Shown here: one piece after another, positions 20,276-30,935 of the stretch
Position numbering within the stretch: position 1 is the first letter of the stretch
How the letters are laid out: each line of letters starts with the position of its first letter
NCBI GenBank assembly: GCA_044228685.1
Contig: JBGAUL010000002.1
Coordinates: 135,611-199,610, forward strand
Direction of reading: 5' to 3'
From: Chlorobiota bacterium
GTDB taxonomy: Bacteria > Bacteroidota > Ignavibacteria > Kapaibacteriales > NICIL-2
Length of the DNA: 64,000 bases
Program-made: the position numbers and the translations under genes
The notes under the pieces: generated by a model
What the model saw: only the letters and a program-made list of their open reading frames with translations
The model's database searches: none
Told to the model about the DNA's origin: nothing

Positions 20276-20608
20276 TATCGCGCTCATCATAGTCCTAGAG
20301 CAGTCTCGCACGAGATCGAAAAAGCTCCGAAAGACCTTGTAAGTATTGCCTACAACACTAAACACAACTACAGCAGTCCTGCTTCTCGAAACGCACTAAC
20401 TCAAAAGCATATCAGACTTAACGGCTTTCATGCTTCAACTTGTTTACTCGGAGCCTACACAATACTCATTGGCATTTACATCATCGTACTCCTTAAATCA
20501 GCGCTTCCTTCTTAAGTCTTTGATGAGTAGATTTCGCCAGTACATGAATTGAAAAGAGCGCGACGTCTCATTCTGAGATTGCATGTAGCAAAACCGACAT
20601 CAACATCC

Positions 20609-21079
20609 ATGCGTATCACACTTATCATTCTCTTGCTTGCTATGTCACTCGATCTTCACTCAAGCGCTGCCTCATCCTTACCGGAGCAATTACTTCTGCT
20701 AGTCGGTAGATGGCATATGGAACGAAACGGCGCACAGATCTTTGAGGAGTGGCAACAAAAGAGCGCGACGCGTTTGGAGGGTCGGTCGTGGATGGTGAAG
20801 GATGCAAAGGAAATCGAGCTCGAGCAACTGGTCATTGAAGCTGAAGCTGATGGTGTTTATTACAAGCCAACAGTCCATGATCAGAACAATGGCGAGCAAG
20901 TGCGATTCAAATTGGAGGCCAGTGATCAGTCAACTTTTGTTTTTAGCAATGCTGATCATGATTTCCCACAACACATCTCCTACAGTCTGGTGTCGCAGGA
21001 TTCGGTTGTTGCGTTGGTCTATGGCAAAGTCAAAGGACAAGAGAAGAGCATTCGTTTTGCTTATAGCCGACAGCGATAG
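20609..21079 (+). CDS. hypothetical secreted protein (lipocalin-like?)
   Basis: Signal peptide MRITLIILLLAMSLDLHSSAAS. Confidence 0.45.
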   Translation: MRITLIILLLAMSLDLHSSAASSLPEQLLLLVGRWHMERNGAQIFEEWQQKSATRLEGRSWMVKDAKEIELEQLVIEAEADGVYYKPTVHDQNNGEQVRFKLEASDQSTFVFSNADHDFPQHISYSLVSQDSVVALVYGKVKGQEKSIRFAYSRQR

Positions 21080-21154
21080 GTAGCTCACAACGCATAGTGT
21101 TGCATCTCACTAAAACACAACATCGTACTCAGCATACTCACTAAGAGTGGTCGA

Positions 21155-21670
21155 ATGAACTCCTCGTACACAATACGCTCAGCGCAACACGATGACATCG
21201 ATGGCATTGCGCTGGTGCATGTGCGGAGTTGGCAGACGACTTATGAGGGAATTGTCAATCAAGATTTTTTGAATAGTCTGGATATACAGCAACGCGCCGA
21301 CAGTTGGCGTCGCTTTCTTTCCAAGACGCCCCATTACTGTCAAGTTGCCTGCGCGCCCTCAATCGTCGGTTTCGCCAAGTGCGGCAGTGCTCGCGATGAG
21401 CTAGGATATACAGCTGAACTCGCGGCTTTGTATTTGCTTAAGGAATATCAAGGTCTGGGCATCGGACGAGCCCTGTTACGCGCAAGTGCGCGAGAGCTAT
21501 TGGAAGCCGATATGGACTCCATGTACGTCTGGGTTCTTCGCGATAACCCGGCACGTCAATTCTACGAAGCAATGGGATCAGAGTTTATAGCAGACAAAGA
21601 AATTGAGATTGGTGGCTCATTGCTCGTTGAACTAGCCTATGGATGGAAAGATCTTCGCGCGCTTGTGTGA
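21155..21670 (+). CDS. GNAT-family N-acetyltransferase
   Basis: 171 aa. The LKEYQGLGIGRALLRA acetyl-CoA-binding motif. Confidence 0.8.
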   Translation: MNSSYTIRSAQHDDIDGIALVHVRSWQTTYEGIVNQDFLNSLDIQQRADSWRRFLSKTPHYCQVACAPSIVGFAKCGSARDELGYTAELAALYLLKEYQGLGIGRALLRASARELLEADMDSMYVWVLRDNPARQFYEAMGSEFIADKEIEIGGSLLVELAYGWKDLRALV

Positions 21671-21720
21671 GTGGAGTGAGTTTTATCAAAAACATCATCA
21701 ATGGAATTCGATAGGAATAA

Positions 21721-21745
21721 CAAAGGGAGCACGAGGCTCCCTTTG
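21721..21745 (+). terminator. stem-loop agggagc-acga-gctccct downstream of the GNAT gene
   Basis: GC-rich hairpin followed by a short T run. Confidence 0.4.
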
Positions 21746-22053
21746 ACGTAGTATGAGTGATGGATCTGTGATTAGATCTTGGAGAATTTCGAATAGCTGA
21801 AGAGGAGTCTAGTTGGTGCCGTTGGTGAGTTGAAGTGTTTGTCTCGGTGAGCACGAGATTTACTGCATGATTCTTTGTGAGGTGGCGTGAGTGTGGTCTA
21901 TTGAAGGAGCTTCGTCGTTTGTAACGCGTGTGTGTGGGAGCCTGGCGGATCGTGCGGTATCTGTCGTTCGTGTGGGCGGGAGCCTGGCGGCTCCCCTACG
22001 GGGGACCGGGGTTGGTGTTTGGTGACGGTTTGCCGCAGTTGGTGGATTGGATT

Positions 22054-22746
22054 TTAGGGTTGCGACATGAGTTCGTCGGAGATGCCTTTGTTGATTTTGT
22101 AGTTCGAGAATTTTACGTTGATGCTTCCGTTGGACGGAGTGTTTGAATTATTCGTGTCCGCGGATTTGCGATTGATATCGGTGGCGACGCCTTTAGGGAG
22201 TTTGAATTTTTTGATATCGACATTGAACACGAGTTCGTCGGGAAGGGCGAAGTCGCGTTGAGATTGATAGTGGTAGTCGATGCTGAGTGTACCTGCGCTG
22301 CGAGTGGTAATGCTGGCTTTGATAATGAGATCGCTGCCTTTTTCTATCCAGAGTTTTGAGACGAGTACATCCATGGTGTCGGATTTTGGGAGCAGGGTGA
22401 TGATGGTGCAATCGTGACCGTCAATTTTATCAGTGCCTGCTGCAACTGCCATGAACTGACTGCGGTTTTGCATGAGACGGTTGAGATCGGAGAATCCTTG
22501 TTTGGGAAGAATGGCGATGCCGGTTGATTTTAATCTGACCTTTCCGTTCTTGTAGAGAATTGATCCTTGCATCGGTTGGATGTTGATCATGGGAATGTGC
22601 GGACTAATCTGCACATCAGCTTGGTAGTCTTTGACGCGATTGATTTTCGTCATGACGCGATTCATGATCTGATCAGCATCTTCAGCATGCAGCGTCGTGA
22701 GACTTATTGAAGACAACACAACAAAGAGTGCGATGAAAATTCTCAT
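22054..22746 (-). CDS. LolA-like outer-membrane lipoprotein-sorting / DUF4292-type protein
   Basis: Signal peptide. The last gene of the ABC exporter operon; its start overlaps the permease gene's stop. Confidence 0.5.
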   Translation of the reverse strand: MRIFIALFVVLSSISLTTLHAEDADQIMNRVMTKINRVKDYQADVQISPHIPMINIQPMQGSILYKNGKVRLKSTGIAILPKQGFSDLNRLMQNRSQFMAVAAGTDKIDGHDCTIITLLPKSDTMDVLVSKLWIEKGSDLIIKASITTRSAGTLSIDYHYQSQRDFALPDELVFNVDIKKFKLPKGVATDINRKSADTNNSNTPSNGSINVKFSNYKINKGISDELMSQP

Positions 22747-23585
22747 GCGGTTATATCCTTAGTACGAAAACGATAGAGTGCGATGCCGAAGAGCAGCAGG
22801 TTATGACTAACAAGAATAGTGATCGATCGCGTGATCTCGTCCCATGGCACCGGTTGCTCGAACATACTGCGCCACGAAGCCATATGAGTGGTAAAGAGAA
22901 ATGGTCGGATGTTGTCGAAGACGCGCACATCCAATGTGCCAATGATGGTGAAGAGGATAATGATTGCCATAGTCGCGACGATTGGTCCGATGGAGTTATC
23001 GCTAAAGCAGGACAAACAAATCGACAACGACGACACCGTCAGCAGTGCCAAGAAGGCAATCGTAAATGCTCCTCCATAGCGCCACAGAATATCTCCGCTT
23101 TGCAGTATCACCAGTCCGTCGCTATTCAACACAATCAAATCTCCAACGCCAAACATGAATCGCGCAACGATGAGTGCCAGTACGCCAAGCCAAAGTGTAA
23201 TCAATGCAGTATAGGCAGCGCCTGCGATAAACTTGGAGAGCAATACTGTTGTGCGAGAGATGGGTCGCGTGAGGAGTAAACGAATAGTTCCACCGGCCGC
23301 CTCACCTGATACCAAATCGCCTGTTACCAATGCTACCAACAGCGGAATGTGGATGATCAGCGTTTGCAGAATGATAAAGGCTACGAGGTTTCCGTTGAGG
23401 ATCGCGCCTTCGAAGCTCAGGGTTTGTTCGAAGGATGCGGTGACGAAGGAGATAAAGGAATGACCATCTGCTTTCAAGGCAAACAAGACAACTGAGACGA
23501 GAACGGTGATGGCTGCCAGACCTAAGTAGGATCTAGGTTTGGCTGCAATCTTGACAATCTCATTTATGACTCCGGCTTTAAGCAT
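22743..23585 (-). CDS. ABC-2 type transporter permease
   Basis: 280 aa with 6 TM helices. Immediately follows the ATPase gene. Confidence 0.7.
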   Translation of the reverse strand: MLKAGVINEIVKIAAKPRSYLGLAAITVLVSVVLFALKADGHSFISFVTASFEQTLSFEGAILNGNLVAFIILQTLIIHIPLLVALVTGDLVSGEAAGGTIRLLLTRPISRTTVLLSKFIAGAAYTALITLWLGVLALIVARFMFGVGDLIVLNSDGLVILQSGDILWRYGGAFTIAFLALLTVSSLSICLSCFSDNSIGPIVATMAIIILFTIIGTLDVRVFDNIRPFLFTTHMASWRSMFEQPVPWDEITRSITILVSHNLLLFGIALYRFRTKDITA

Positions 23586-23590
23586 GATAG

Positions 23591-24502
23591 TTAGGATTGC
23601 ACGAGTGAAATGAAGTAGTCCTCTAAACTCCGACGCGTCTCCAGCGAATACACTGCAATCCCCTGCGCTACCAACATGGCATTCAGTTCTGGCACATGCT
23701 TTTTCGAAATGCGCATCTGAAGTATGGTGTCGGAAATCAATTCGAGATCTGAACCATAGGCTTGTGCTTTCAAGAGTTCAAGTGCTTTGTGCACATCGCT
23801 CACTTCAATGCGTGCGACGATGTCTTGGGCATTGAGTAGCTCTTCCACCGAACCCTGCACAATGGATTTACCGCGGTTGATTATAACCATGCGGTTGGCA
23901 ATGAGTTCGATTTCGGAGAGTTGGTGCGAGGAGATGAGAACTGTCTTGTTGTGCTCGTGTTTGAGCGAGAGAATCAGGTTTCGGATATCAATAATTCCTT
24001 GGGGATCCAATCCGTTGGTTGGTTCATCGAGTATAATCAACTCAGGATCATGCAGCAGAGCTTGGGCAATGCCCAGACGCTGCTTCATGCCTTGCGAGAA
24101 ACTCTTGAATTTGTCCTTGTTACGTCCGCTGAGACCCACGATATCCAACATGCGCAGTATCTCGGCAGTCGAAGCGTTCTTTCCCGAAATACGCGAGAAG
24201 ATTCGAAGATTCTGCTCAGCACTCAAGTACTTGTAGAAATCTGCTTTTTCAATGATGCTGCCGACGCGTGCCATGATTTGTGAACGCTGGTGGGCGGCGT
24301 CAAGACCAAAGATCTTGATCGATCCGCTATCGGGTTTAATCAACGACAAAATGCAGCGAATCGTGGTACTCTTTCCTGCCCCGTTTGGTCCGAGAAAACC
24401 AAAAACATCGCCCTTCTCGATATGAAACGACACATCGTCAACAGCCCGAAAAGAGCCAAAATTCTTCGTCAAATGCTGGACTTCGAGGATACTATCGGAC
24501 AT
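23591..24502 (-). CDS. ABC transporter ATP-binding protein
   Basis: Walker A GPNGAGKST, signature LSGGMKQRL-like (FSQGMKQRLGIA), Walker B ILDEPTNGLD. Confidence 0.9.
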   Translation of the reverse strand: MSDSILEVQHLTKNFGSFRAVDDVSFHIEKGDVFGFLGPNGAGKSTTIRCILSLIKPDSGSIKIFGLDAAHQRSQIMARVGSIIEKADFYKYLSAEQNLRIFSRISGKNASTAEILRMLDIVGLSGRNKDKFKSFSQGMKQRLGIAQALLHDPELIILDEPTNGLDPQGIIDIRNLILSLKHEHNKTVLISSHQLSEIELIANRMVIINRGKSIVQGSVEELLNAQDIVARIEVSDVHKALELLKAQAYGSDLELISDTILQMRISKKHVPELNAMLVAQGIAVYSLETRRSLEDYFISLVQS

Positions 24503-24851
24503 GGAGTTTCATGGAGTTGGGACTGAGTTGGGTTTCGACGAATTGCGACACTAGCGAACCATGCGCATGACGAGTGAAGTGAATTTTCATTGGCAAGGGA
24601 GCTGCCGCCTGCTTTGAGAAGAACGAAGTTGACGAGTCAATGTACTCAGCATTCACTATAGCAAATGGCGAGGGTAAGAGGAAACTGAGGTCATTATACA
24701 CAGACAAACGCTGCATAAGTCTAATATCCTACAATTGCTGAGCGACCGTTAAAAGTGAGTCCCAAAATGTTGTTCGTCGGAAGTTCTCTGCAAACGAAAC
24801 TCAATACGCAACAACTCGTCGAATGAGTGATTTGCTCTGGCTCATCACGAC

Positions 24852-26342
24852 TCAATCCACGATACATATTGAGCTGATAACTCGTCGACTGTCCCTGGAG
24901 CATAATGCAATGAAGTAAGCGCCCCGAGAGAGTTGAGATATGTCTATACTGTTGTCTGACGAGGAGGAGAGTTCATGGCTCAAAACAATCCGACCAAGCA
25001 AGTCAACAACTTGAAGAGTCGATTGCGCTGCACCGCTTTCCAAACAGAAGTGCAGTTCACCATGCGCTGGTTGCGGATATAATTTCCACCTTCTATGTTC
25101 ATTGGTGGTCTCATCCACCTCACTCATCACACTATCACACAATCCCCTGCTCGTAACCATCGGTGCCAGAAAGGTAGCAAGGTTGTTTTCGCGGGTGATG
25201 CTGTTGTCGTATGCATGACATGGATTAGAGCTTTGATCCAAGCAACTTCCCGGACCCAGCACAAAGTTGTAGGGAAAATTCGTTGCCGTGAATTCGTCGT
25301 GTATGGTGTAGTTGTATCCACGGGTCTTGTTCCATGTACTAATCGCCCGACTGCCATAGACCTTTGGCGTTTGCGCGATGCCGTAACAACCGTAGCCGTT
25401 GGTCATGCACCACGACAATCCCTCGTAAACTCGTCCACTATCAATCGGCACAACCAAATCACAAGGTTGATGAAAGGAGTAGATGGCAGTGTTGCGCTGA
25501 CGGGTACTTTGAAGACGAAGCAAATCAGCGATCATACCACCGTAGTTGTTGCCTACTGCTTTGATGACAGGTAGTTGAACATCTCGTTCAATATCACCGT
25601 CGATGTCTCCTAAGTCGGGTCTTGCAATTGGAGGCTGAAAACTTCTTCCGCTATTGTACACGCACTGCGCAGCACTCGATGCAGGCGCAGCGAGATCACC
25701 AAGCTTATAGGTCTGGATCGGTCGCTCTGCACTGCTATCGAGAAAAGCTGCACCAAGTGCAATGAAGGCGCCGGCACTTTCGCCGGCCACAAAGACGTTT
25801 GCCGTGTCGATGCCAAATTCATTGGCGTGATGCACAAGATATCGAAGCGCTCCCTTGGCGTCTTGCACTCCGCGATACCATGCCCGATACCACTCAGCAG
25901 TATCGGCTGCGAAAACACAGGAGTAGTTTGGATAATTGCATGACCATGCTTTGGAGTCGGAGATGAAGCCAAGACGATAATCAAGCGAGACCGTTACATA
26001 GCCACGTCGAGCGAATTGTTGACACAAGTTCACGATGCTCGCATCTTCCTTGTTACCGGCTACAAAAGCACCACCGTGAATCCACAGGAGCAATGGAGCT
26101 GCTTGAGGCTTTGCTCCCGAGCTGCAGCGAGGTCGCCATAGATCCATACGCAATTGCTTCTGCTCGCCATTAAAGTCAAGCGCCTTGCCATACTCTATGT
26201 TCCGTATCGTGTCGTAGGAGTATGTCTTGTCGAGCCAAGATTGAGCTTGACTCCTTGCACTGAACATCGTCAATGCAATCACTAGCAATGCGAATCGAAG
26301 AATCATGAAGCATCCTGCAGTTTCTACGAATCTAGCATTCAC
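24852..26342 (-). CDS. secreted alpha/beta-hydrolase esterase/lipase with T9SS CTD
   Basis: HGGAFVAGN oxyanion motif, GESAGA nucleophile elbow, signal peptide, C-terminal CTD. Confidence 0.7.
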   Translation of the reverse strand: MNARFVETAGCFMILRFALLVIALTMFSARSQAQSWLDKTYSYDTIRNIEYGKALDFNGEQKQLRMDLWRPRCSSGAKPQAAPLLLWIHGGAFVAGNKEDASIVNLCQQFARRGYVTVSLDYRLGFISDSKAWSCNYPNYSCVFAADTAEWYRAWYRGVQDAKGALRYLVHHANEFGIDTANVFVAGESAGAFIALGAAFLDSSAERPIQTYKLGDLAAPASSAAQCVYNSGRSFQPPIARPDLGDIDGDIERDVQLPVIKAVGNNYGGMIADLLRLQSTRQRNTAIYSFHQPCDLVVPIDSGRVYEGLSWCMTNGYGCYGIAQTPKVYGSRAISTWNKTRGYNYTIHDEFTATNFPYNFVLGPGSCLDQSSNPCHAYDNSITRENNLATFLAPMVTSRGLCDSVMSEVDETTNEHRRWKLYPQPAHGELHFCLESGAAQSTLQVVDLLGRIVLSHELSSSSDNSIDISQLSRGAYFIALCSRDSRRVISSICIVD

Positions 26343-26548
26343 GGCGCATCATTGACTTCTGCTTCAAAAGAAATAATCGTATGCAGCAAAGCATGCCGAG
26401 CTCTGATTGCTGATGCAAGAATGCGATAGCCTGACAGGACTTGAGACTGCTGGATTCTGAGACGAACAGTAATTCACTACGATAGCATGATGAGCGCTGC
26501 ACAGTCCGCGTTCTTCATCAGGCGTGATTGATGCAGTAGTTGGTGTTA

Positions 26549-26932
26549 TTACACCAGCTTCGTCAAGGTATCCTTGGTTAGGTATTCACCGATATGCACG
26601 ATGTTTGAGTCAGGATCGAGCAAGGTGAAGAACTTCATGAAGCCGGGTGCTTCGATGATATCGTCGGCGAGAGATAATCCTTTTGCCAGAACTTCATCGC
26701 GTGTTTCAACGACGTCATCTGTTGCCAGGATGATACTCACTCCTGCATAGTTCTCAGCATTGGCAAAGCGCTCAGCGCCACCGAACACCGAAATGCGAAG
26801 TGCACCGGCTTTGATGGCAAAGAAGTGTTCTTCGTTTTCTAAGAGTTCTAATTCGAGAGTATCGCAATAGAATGCTCGTGATGCACTGACGTCTGCTGTA
26901 CGGATGACTATGTGTTTGCAGCTGAGATTCAT
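26549..26932 (-). CDS. VOC/glyoxalase-family protein
   Basis: 127 aa with a glyoxalase-like fold pattern. Confidence 0.7.
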   Translation of the reverse strand: MNLSCKHIVIRTADVSASRAFYCDTLELELLENEEHFFAIKAGALRISVFGGAERFANAENYAGVSIILATDDVVETRDEVLAKGLSLADDIIEAPGFMKFFTLLDPDSNIVHIGEYLTKDTLTKLV

Positions 26933-27003
26933 GGTGGTGTATTAAATAAATGTGATACTTAACTGACGATTGACGATGTGTTCTTCGTGTTCTGGACAAC
27001 TTG

Positions 27004-28356
27004 TTACTTATCCAAACTAAACAGATACTTTCCGCCACCCTGCTTGAGTGTGAACTGCTTGTTTGCCGGATCAAAAATCATTTCAATTCCGGCTGCTTCA
27101 AAGACAAATACATTGGGTTTGGTTGCAGTGAGAGGGAAAGCGGATTGTCCGGTGGCTTGTGCCATGAGTTGACTTCCTTCCTTTGTCACGCTAATCTTCA
27201 AGGGCATCATTGTGCTGGAATAGTTACCCAGATACTTATCCAAGTCTGTTGCATTCAATTGCAGCGTCGCGAATTCAGGAATTGTGTAAGGATAGTGGAA
27301 GGCAATTGACAGTGCACCAATCATAATATTGTTAAAGCCGTAGGAGACGCCGTTGGAGCAATAGGCAACGGCGAGAGAGTCTTCTTTGAAATAGATAACA
27401 ATCGACGAAAAGCCGTCTATACCTCCTGTGTGTCCCATGCCCCATCGATCATTCATCGGCATGCGGAACATTCCAAGACCGGCATTGTCCTTGAACGTCG
27501 ACATCTTCGCCAAACTCGCTTGCGATACAATTCGTCCGTCGAACAAAGCTTCAATAAACTTCGTCAGTTCCGTCGGTGTAGAGATAATCGCTCCTGCGCC
27601 ACCCGGTACGCTCATATCGGTTACATCGCTTTGTTCCCAGCCATTTGCAGTGCGACGATAGGAATCGCTTTCGTTTGCAGCACGTTCGGTGGAGCTTCCG
27701 ATGCGTGTGTTCACAAGTCCGATGCGTTGACACACTCTCTGCTGTAAGGCATCTGAGTAGCTGTGTCCGGTGACTTTCTCTACGATATATCCCAGCAACA
27801 CATAGTTCGAATTTGAATACTCCATCTTCTCACCTGGTGCGAAGTCGGATGGATTCGATGCAATGACGCGCAGCATTTCTTCATGAGACTTAGCGCTGCC
27901 TTTCCAGGTCATGTAGTTCGAGTCGTTGGTGAAATTGTGAATCCCACTACGATGACCCAGCAGCTGCTCAATTGTAATGCGATCTGCATTAGGCACTTGA
28001 GTGTAATACTCACTCAAGTGTGTTTCAAGGCTGAGCTTTTTCTCTTCAATCAATTGAAAAATCATTGCCGCCGTAAACATCTTCGTGATCGATCCGATGC
28101 GATACTTGGTTGCGGCTGTAGCCGGAGTGTTTGCGCTGTTTGATTGTCTCTCGGCGCCGATAGATCGGGTGTACAAGACCTTCCCATTCTTCGAAACACA
28201 AATACTGCCCATCGCTTTGTCTTTGCGTTGAAGCTGGTCGAAGAGACTATCGAGCTTTGGGGTATCGAAGGACTGTGCTGCCAGAGGAATGAACACTCCG
28301 ACCACTGCGAGACAACAAACAAGCGCAATGAGTCGCTTTGAAGAATGGAAAAACAT
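27004..28356 (-). CDS. beta-lactamase-family serine hydrolase (class C-like, secreted)
   Basis: SITKMF (SxxK), YSNSNY (YxN), signal peptide. Confidence 0.8.
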   Translation of the reverse strand: MFFHSSKRLIALVCCLAVVGVFIPLAAQSFDTPKLDSLFDQLQRKDKAMGSICVSKNGKVLYTRSIGAERQSNSANTPATAATKYRIGSITKMFTAAMIFQLIEEKKLSLETHLSEYYTQVPNADRITIEQLLGHRSGIHNFTNDSNYMTWKGSAKSHEEMLRVIASNPSDFAPGEKMEYSNSNYVLLGYIVEKVTGHSYSDALQQRVCQRIGLVNTRIGSSTERAANESDSYRRTANGWEQSDVTDMSVPGGAGAIISTPTELTKFIEALFDGRIVSQASLAKMSTFKDNAGLGMFRMPMNDRWGMGHTGGIDGFSSIVIYFKEDSLAVAYCSNGVSYGFNNIMIGALSIAFHYPYTIPEFATLQLNATDLDKYLGNYSSTMMPLKISVTKEGSQLMAQATGQSAFPLTATKPNVFVFEAAGIEMIFDPANKQFTLKQGGGKYLFSLDK

Positions 28357-28637
28357 ACTCGTAATACGATAGAGTTAAACGATAAGAACCAAGCTACGAC
28401 ATTGACCTTTGCTTGTTGCAAACAACTGCAATTTTTCTTGGATGATTAAGAGATCAGGGTCTTAAACAAAGCAGTCACTTCTTGAGGAAGTGACTGCTCT
28501 TAAGCTATGATTTTTCAGTCCGTGTTTGATTTGAAACAAGGCTTATTGATTCACATGGCAATACTGCAATTCACAATGACTTAGAGCGCAACGTCATTGA
28601 CGCACGAATCCATCTATGCGAATAAGGCGATGCAGAT

Positions 28638-29228
28638 TTAGCCTCCTTGAACTACAATACTCAGCATGTTGCGATCCGCTTTGAACTCTATAGCAAATGC
28701 CTTTTGCAATTGATGTTGATGCATGTAGAGTTGTGCCTCTTTGGCAGAGGATAAGGCTTGAGTGCCGCCTATGACAATGATTCCCGTCTCGATGATAATA
28801 GACTTCACATGCGCCCCGGAAGCTCGGGCATCTGAAACGAAAAACTGTGCGTTACTAGAGCCGGAACCTGAAGCCCGTGGCGATGGCGGAATCGACGGAA
28901 TTTGTTTGAGCTCGCTATTGAGCACGATCTTTTTTTGATCTGCTGTGTGAACCACGACATAGTAGGGACCGTGAGGAATGTTTGGGATAGTGACTGTGCC
29001 GTGAGCATCTGTTCTGCCGGTCCATACAACTTTGCCGCCATCATCAATGATTTCAAAACCACACTCCGGCGGCGGACCATGCGGTTCGTCTTGCTTGGGT
29101 CCGATAGACACTTGCTTGTGTCCCAAGGCTTCCACTTGTTGTTTATTGATCTTCGTGGCCGGACCCTGCGCATAGCTAAGACTTAAAGCACAACACAAGG
29201 CAACGAGGTACTGAAAAAAGCGTTTCAT
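28638..29228 (-). CDS. secreted protein with carboxypeptidase-regulatory-like beta-sandwich
   Basis: Signal peptide. GFEIIDDGGKVVWTGRTDAHGTVTIPNIPHGPYYVVV. Confidence 0.45.
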   Translation of the reverse strand: MKRFFQYLVALCCALSLSYAQGPATKINKQQVEALGHKQVSIGPKQDEPHGPPPECGFEIIDDGGKVVWTGRTDAHGTVTIPNIPHGPYYVVVHTADQKKIVLNSELKQIPSIPPSPRASGSGSSNAQFFVSDARASGAHVKSIIIETGIIVIGGTQALSSAKEAQLYMHQHQLQKAFAIEFKADRNMLSIVVQGG

Positions 29229-29442
29229 ACAGTAGTTATTAAGTGAGTAAAATCTTCACTCAAAACTCCGCTTCCTACCACTCGGCTTTGTCAGGCATTT
29301 GTCAAAGAGCTGTCGAACTTGTGTTGTGTCTTACCAAAAGCATTTTGACACAGAGCATAAGAACGCACCTTCACTACTCATGTTCAACACACAGTACTTA
29401 GGCTTGATTAGTCATTCGTTCCATGGTCAGCACGATTGCTGT

Positions 29443-29877
29443 CTATCCGCTTACAACCACGCGTTGTAACAGTGTGATATCACCTGATTCTAGGACAACG
29501 AAATACACACCGGCATCGACGTCCTTTGTTGTGAGAGTGCTTTCATAATCTCCGCCACTCATGTCGGCATCTTTGATCACTTTGACGAGTCTCCAGTCCT
29601 CGGAACGAAGACAGATGCGGATGTGATATGCCGCGTTTTGTTCCCAATGAATAACTCCCGACTGGAAAATTGGATTTGGGTATATGTAGAAATTACCGAT
29701 TGCAGTCGGTTGATAAGTCCGTACACCGCCTACGAGAACCACTGCATTTGGATCCTCAGATCCACAAGAATTCAAGACTGTAGCTAAAAACAAGCAGGTG
29801 ATGAGTGCACACGAAAAGGAACGTAGTCCTGCGCAAACAGCTCTCTTTTGATCAGAAGAATTGACAAATTGATTCAT
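29443..29877 (-). CDS. small secreted protein consisting of a signal region plus T9SS CTD
   Basis: CTD pattern NFYIYPNPIFQSGVIHWE...AGVYFVVLESGDITLLQRVVV. The start ATG overlaps the upstream gene's TAA stop (TAATG). Confidence 0.5.
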   Translation of the reverse strand: MNQFVNSSDQKRAVCAGLRSFSCALITCLFLATVLNSCGSEDPNAVVLVGGVRTYQPTAIGNFYIYPNPIFQSGVIHWEQNAAYHIRICLRSEDWRLVKVIKDADMSGGDYESTLTTKDVDAGVYFVVLESGDITLLQRVVVSG

Positions 29878-30935
29878 TAGAAAGTCCAATAAGTAGCAAG
29901 ACAAAATTGACCCGAGGTATGAAAAGATTGCTTGTAGAATGAATACTGAATGCGCACAAAGGCATATTCAGCAGCAGCTCCGTAACTGAATACAGACACA
30001 GCATTCGTGTTCAGAGAAGCTAGATACCCGCATCGAAGACTGAGTATATTCAGCAGCTGCAGGTCGATACCTACACGGATATTTTCAAGCGCTTTTGCAT
30101 TGACGGGTTGACTCTCGAGGTCTACGCTCGCGTGCGCATTGAACCGTCGAGTCTTAATTGCTGTGTATAAAGCACCGGCACGTATGAGTAGCGGCTGAGA
30201 GTATGAGAAGCTACTAAAGTTGAGCTTGGGACCAAGGTTGCGGATGCTGATTCCAACGCAAAGTCCTTGATCTAGATCTTTTCCATCACTAGACGTATCC
30301 TGGCTTTTTGAATTCGATCGCAGAAGCGTGGCTTGTGGCAACAATCCCCGCATCATCCAGCCAATACTTGCGCTGAGGTTTGATGCGTCCAAAGCGTTAC
30401 TATTTCCGGTGGCCGGAAACAACGAGTTGTCGTAGTAGCCGAGTGACAAACCAACCGACATACCGTCGTCAAGTGTACGAGCTGCGCTCAGGTCAACATA
30501 GCTGTCATACAACGTCACCCTTCCAAGTACTTGACCACTTTCCGTCGTTCGCAAATAGTTGCCCTTGTTCGTACCCGTGAAAGCCACACCGATCTGAGTC
30601 TTGGCATCAATTCCACAATCGATTGTAGCTACTGATTGATAGTTGTCGCCGAATTCAGGACGATAGTTGTGTCCGGATATAGCAACATCCAACGACGGAC
30701 ACCAAGCCATGCCTGCAACGTTGCCGAATTGATCAAAGCCGGTCCCGCTCAATGCAGCATAACAACCTCCCATGCCGGTTGACTTAGGCGATGGTTGAAG
30801 TAAAAGACTGTAGCCCGCAGTACCTTGAGCATACATTCCAGGCGTCCAAGCGAGCACTAGCGCAAACAGCGTCAGTACACTAAGCTTAGCAATCTGACCT
30901 GCGTGCAATGATTCCAATATTCGTGCTTTGACCAT
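29877..30935 (-). CDS. PorV/PorQ-family outer-membrane beta-barrel (T9SS-associated)
   Basis: Signal peptide, an N-terminal GMGGCYAAL motif typical of PorV/PorQ, and C-terminal ...ATYWTF ending in Phe. Confidence 0.55.
   Translation of the reverse strand: MVKARILESLHAGQIAKLSVLTLFALVLAWTPGMYAQGTAGYSLLLQPSPKSTGMGGCYAALSGTGFDQFGNVAGMAWCPSLDVAISGHNYRPEFGDNYQSVATIDCGIDAKTQIGVAFTGTNKGNYLRTTESGQVLGRVTLYDSYVDLSAARTLDDGMSVGLSLGYYDNSLFPATGNSNALDASNLSASIGWMMRGLLPQATLLRSNSKSQDTSSDGKDLDQGLCVGISIRNLGPKLNFSSFSYSQPLLIRAGALYTAIKTRRFNAHASVDLESQPVNAKALENIRVGIDLQLLNILSLRCGYLASLNTNAVSVFSYGAAAEYAFVRIQYSFYKQSFHTSGQFCLATYWTF

Noticed and set aside
20255-20515. 86-aa ORF between the beta-propeller gene's terminator and the next secreted protein
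   Set aside because: It starts inside the terminator hairpin, has no RBS or motif, and is probably non-coding spacer.
25095-25574. 159-aa plus-strand ORF inside the esterase gene
   Set aside because: Antisense to a gene with clear catalytic motifs and a CTD.
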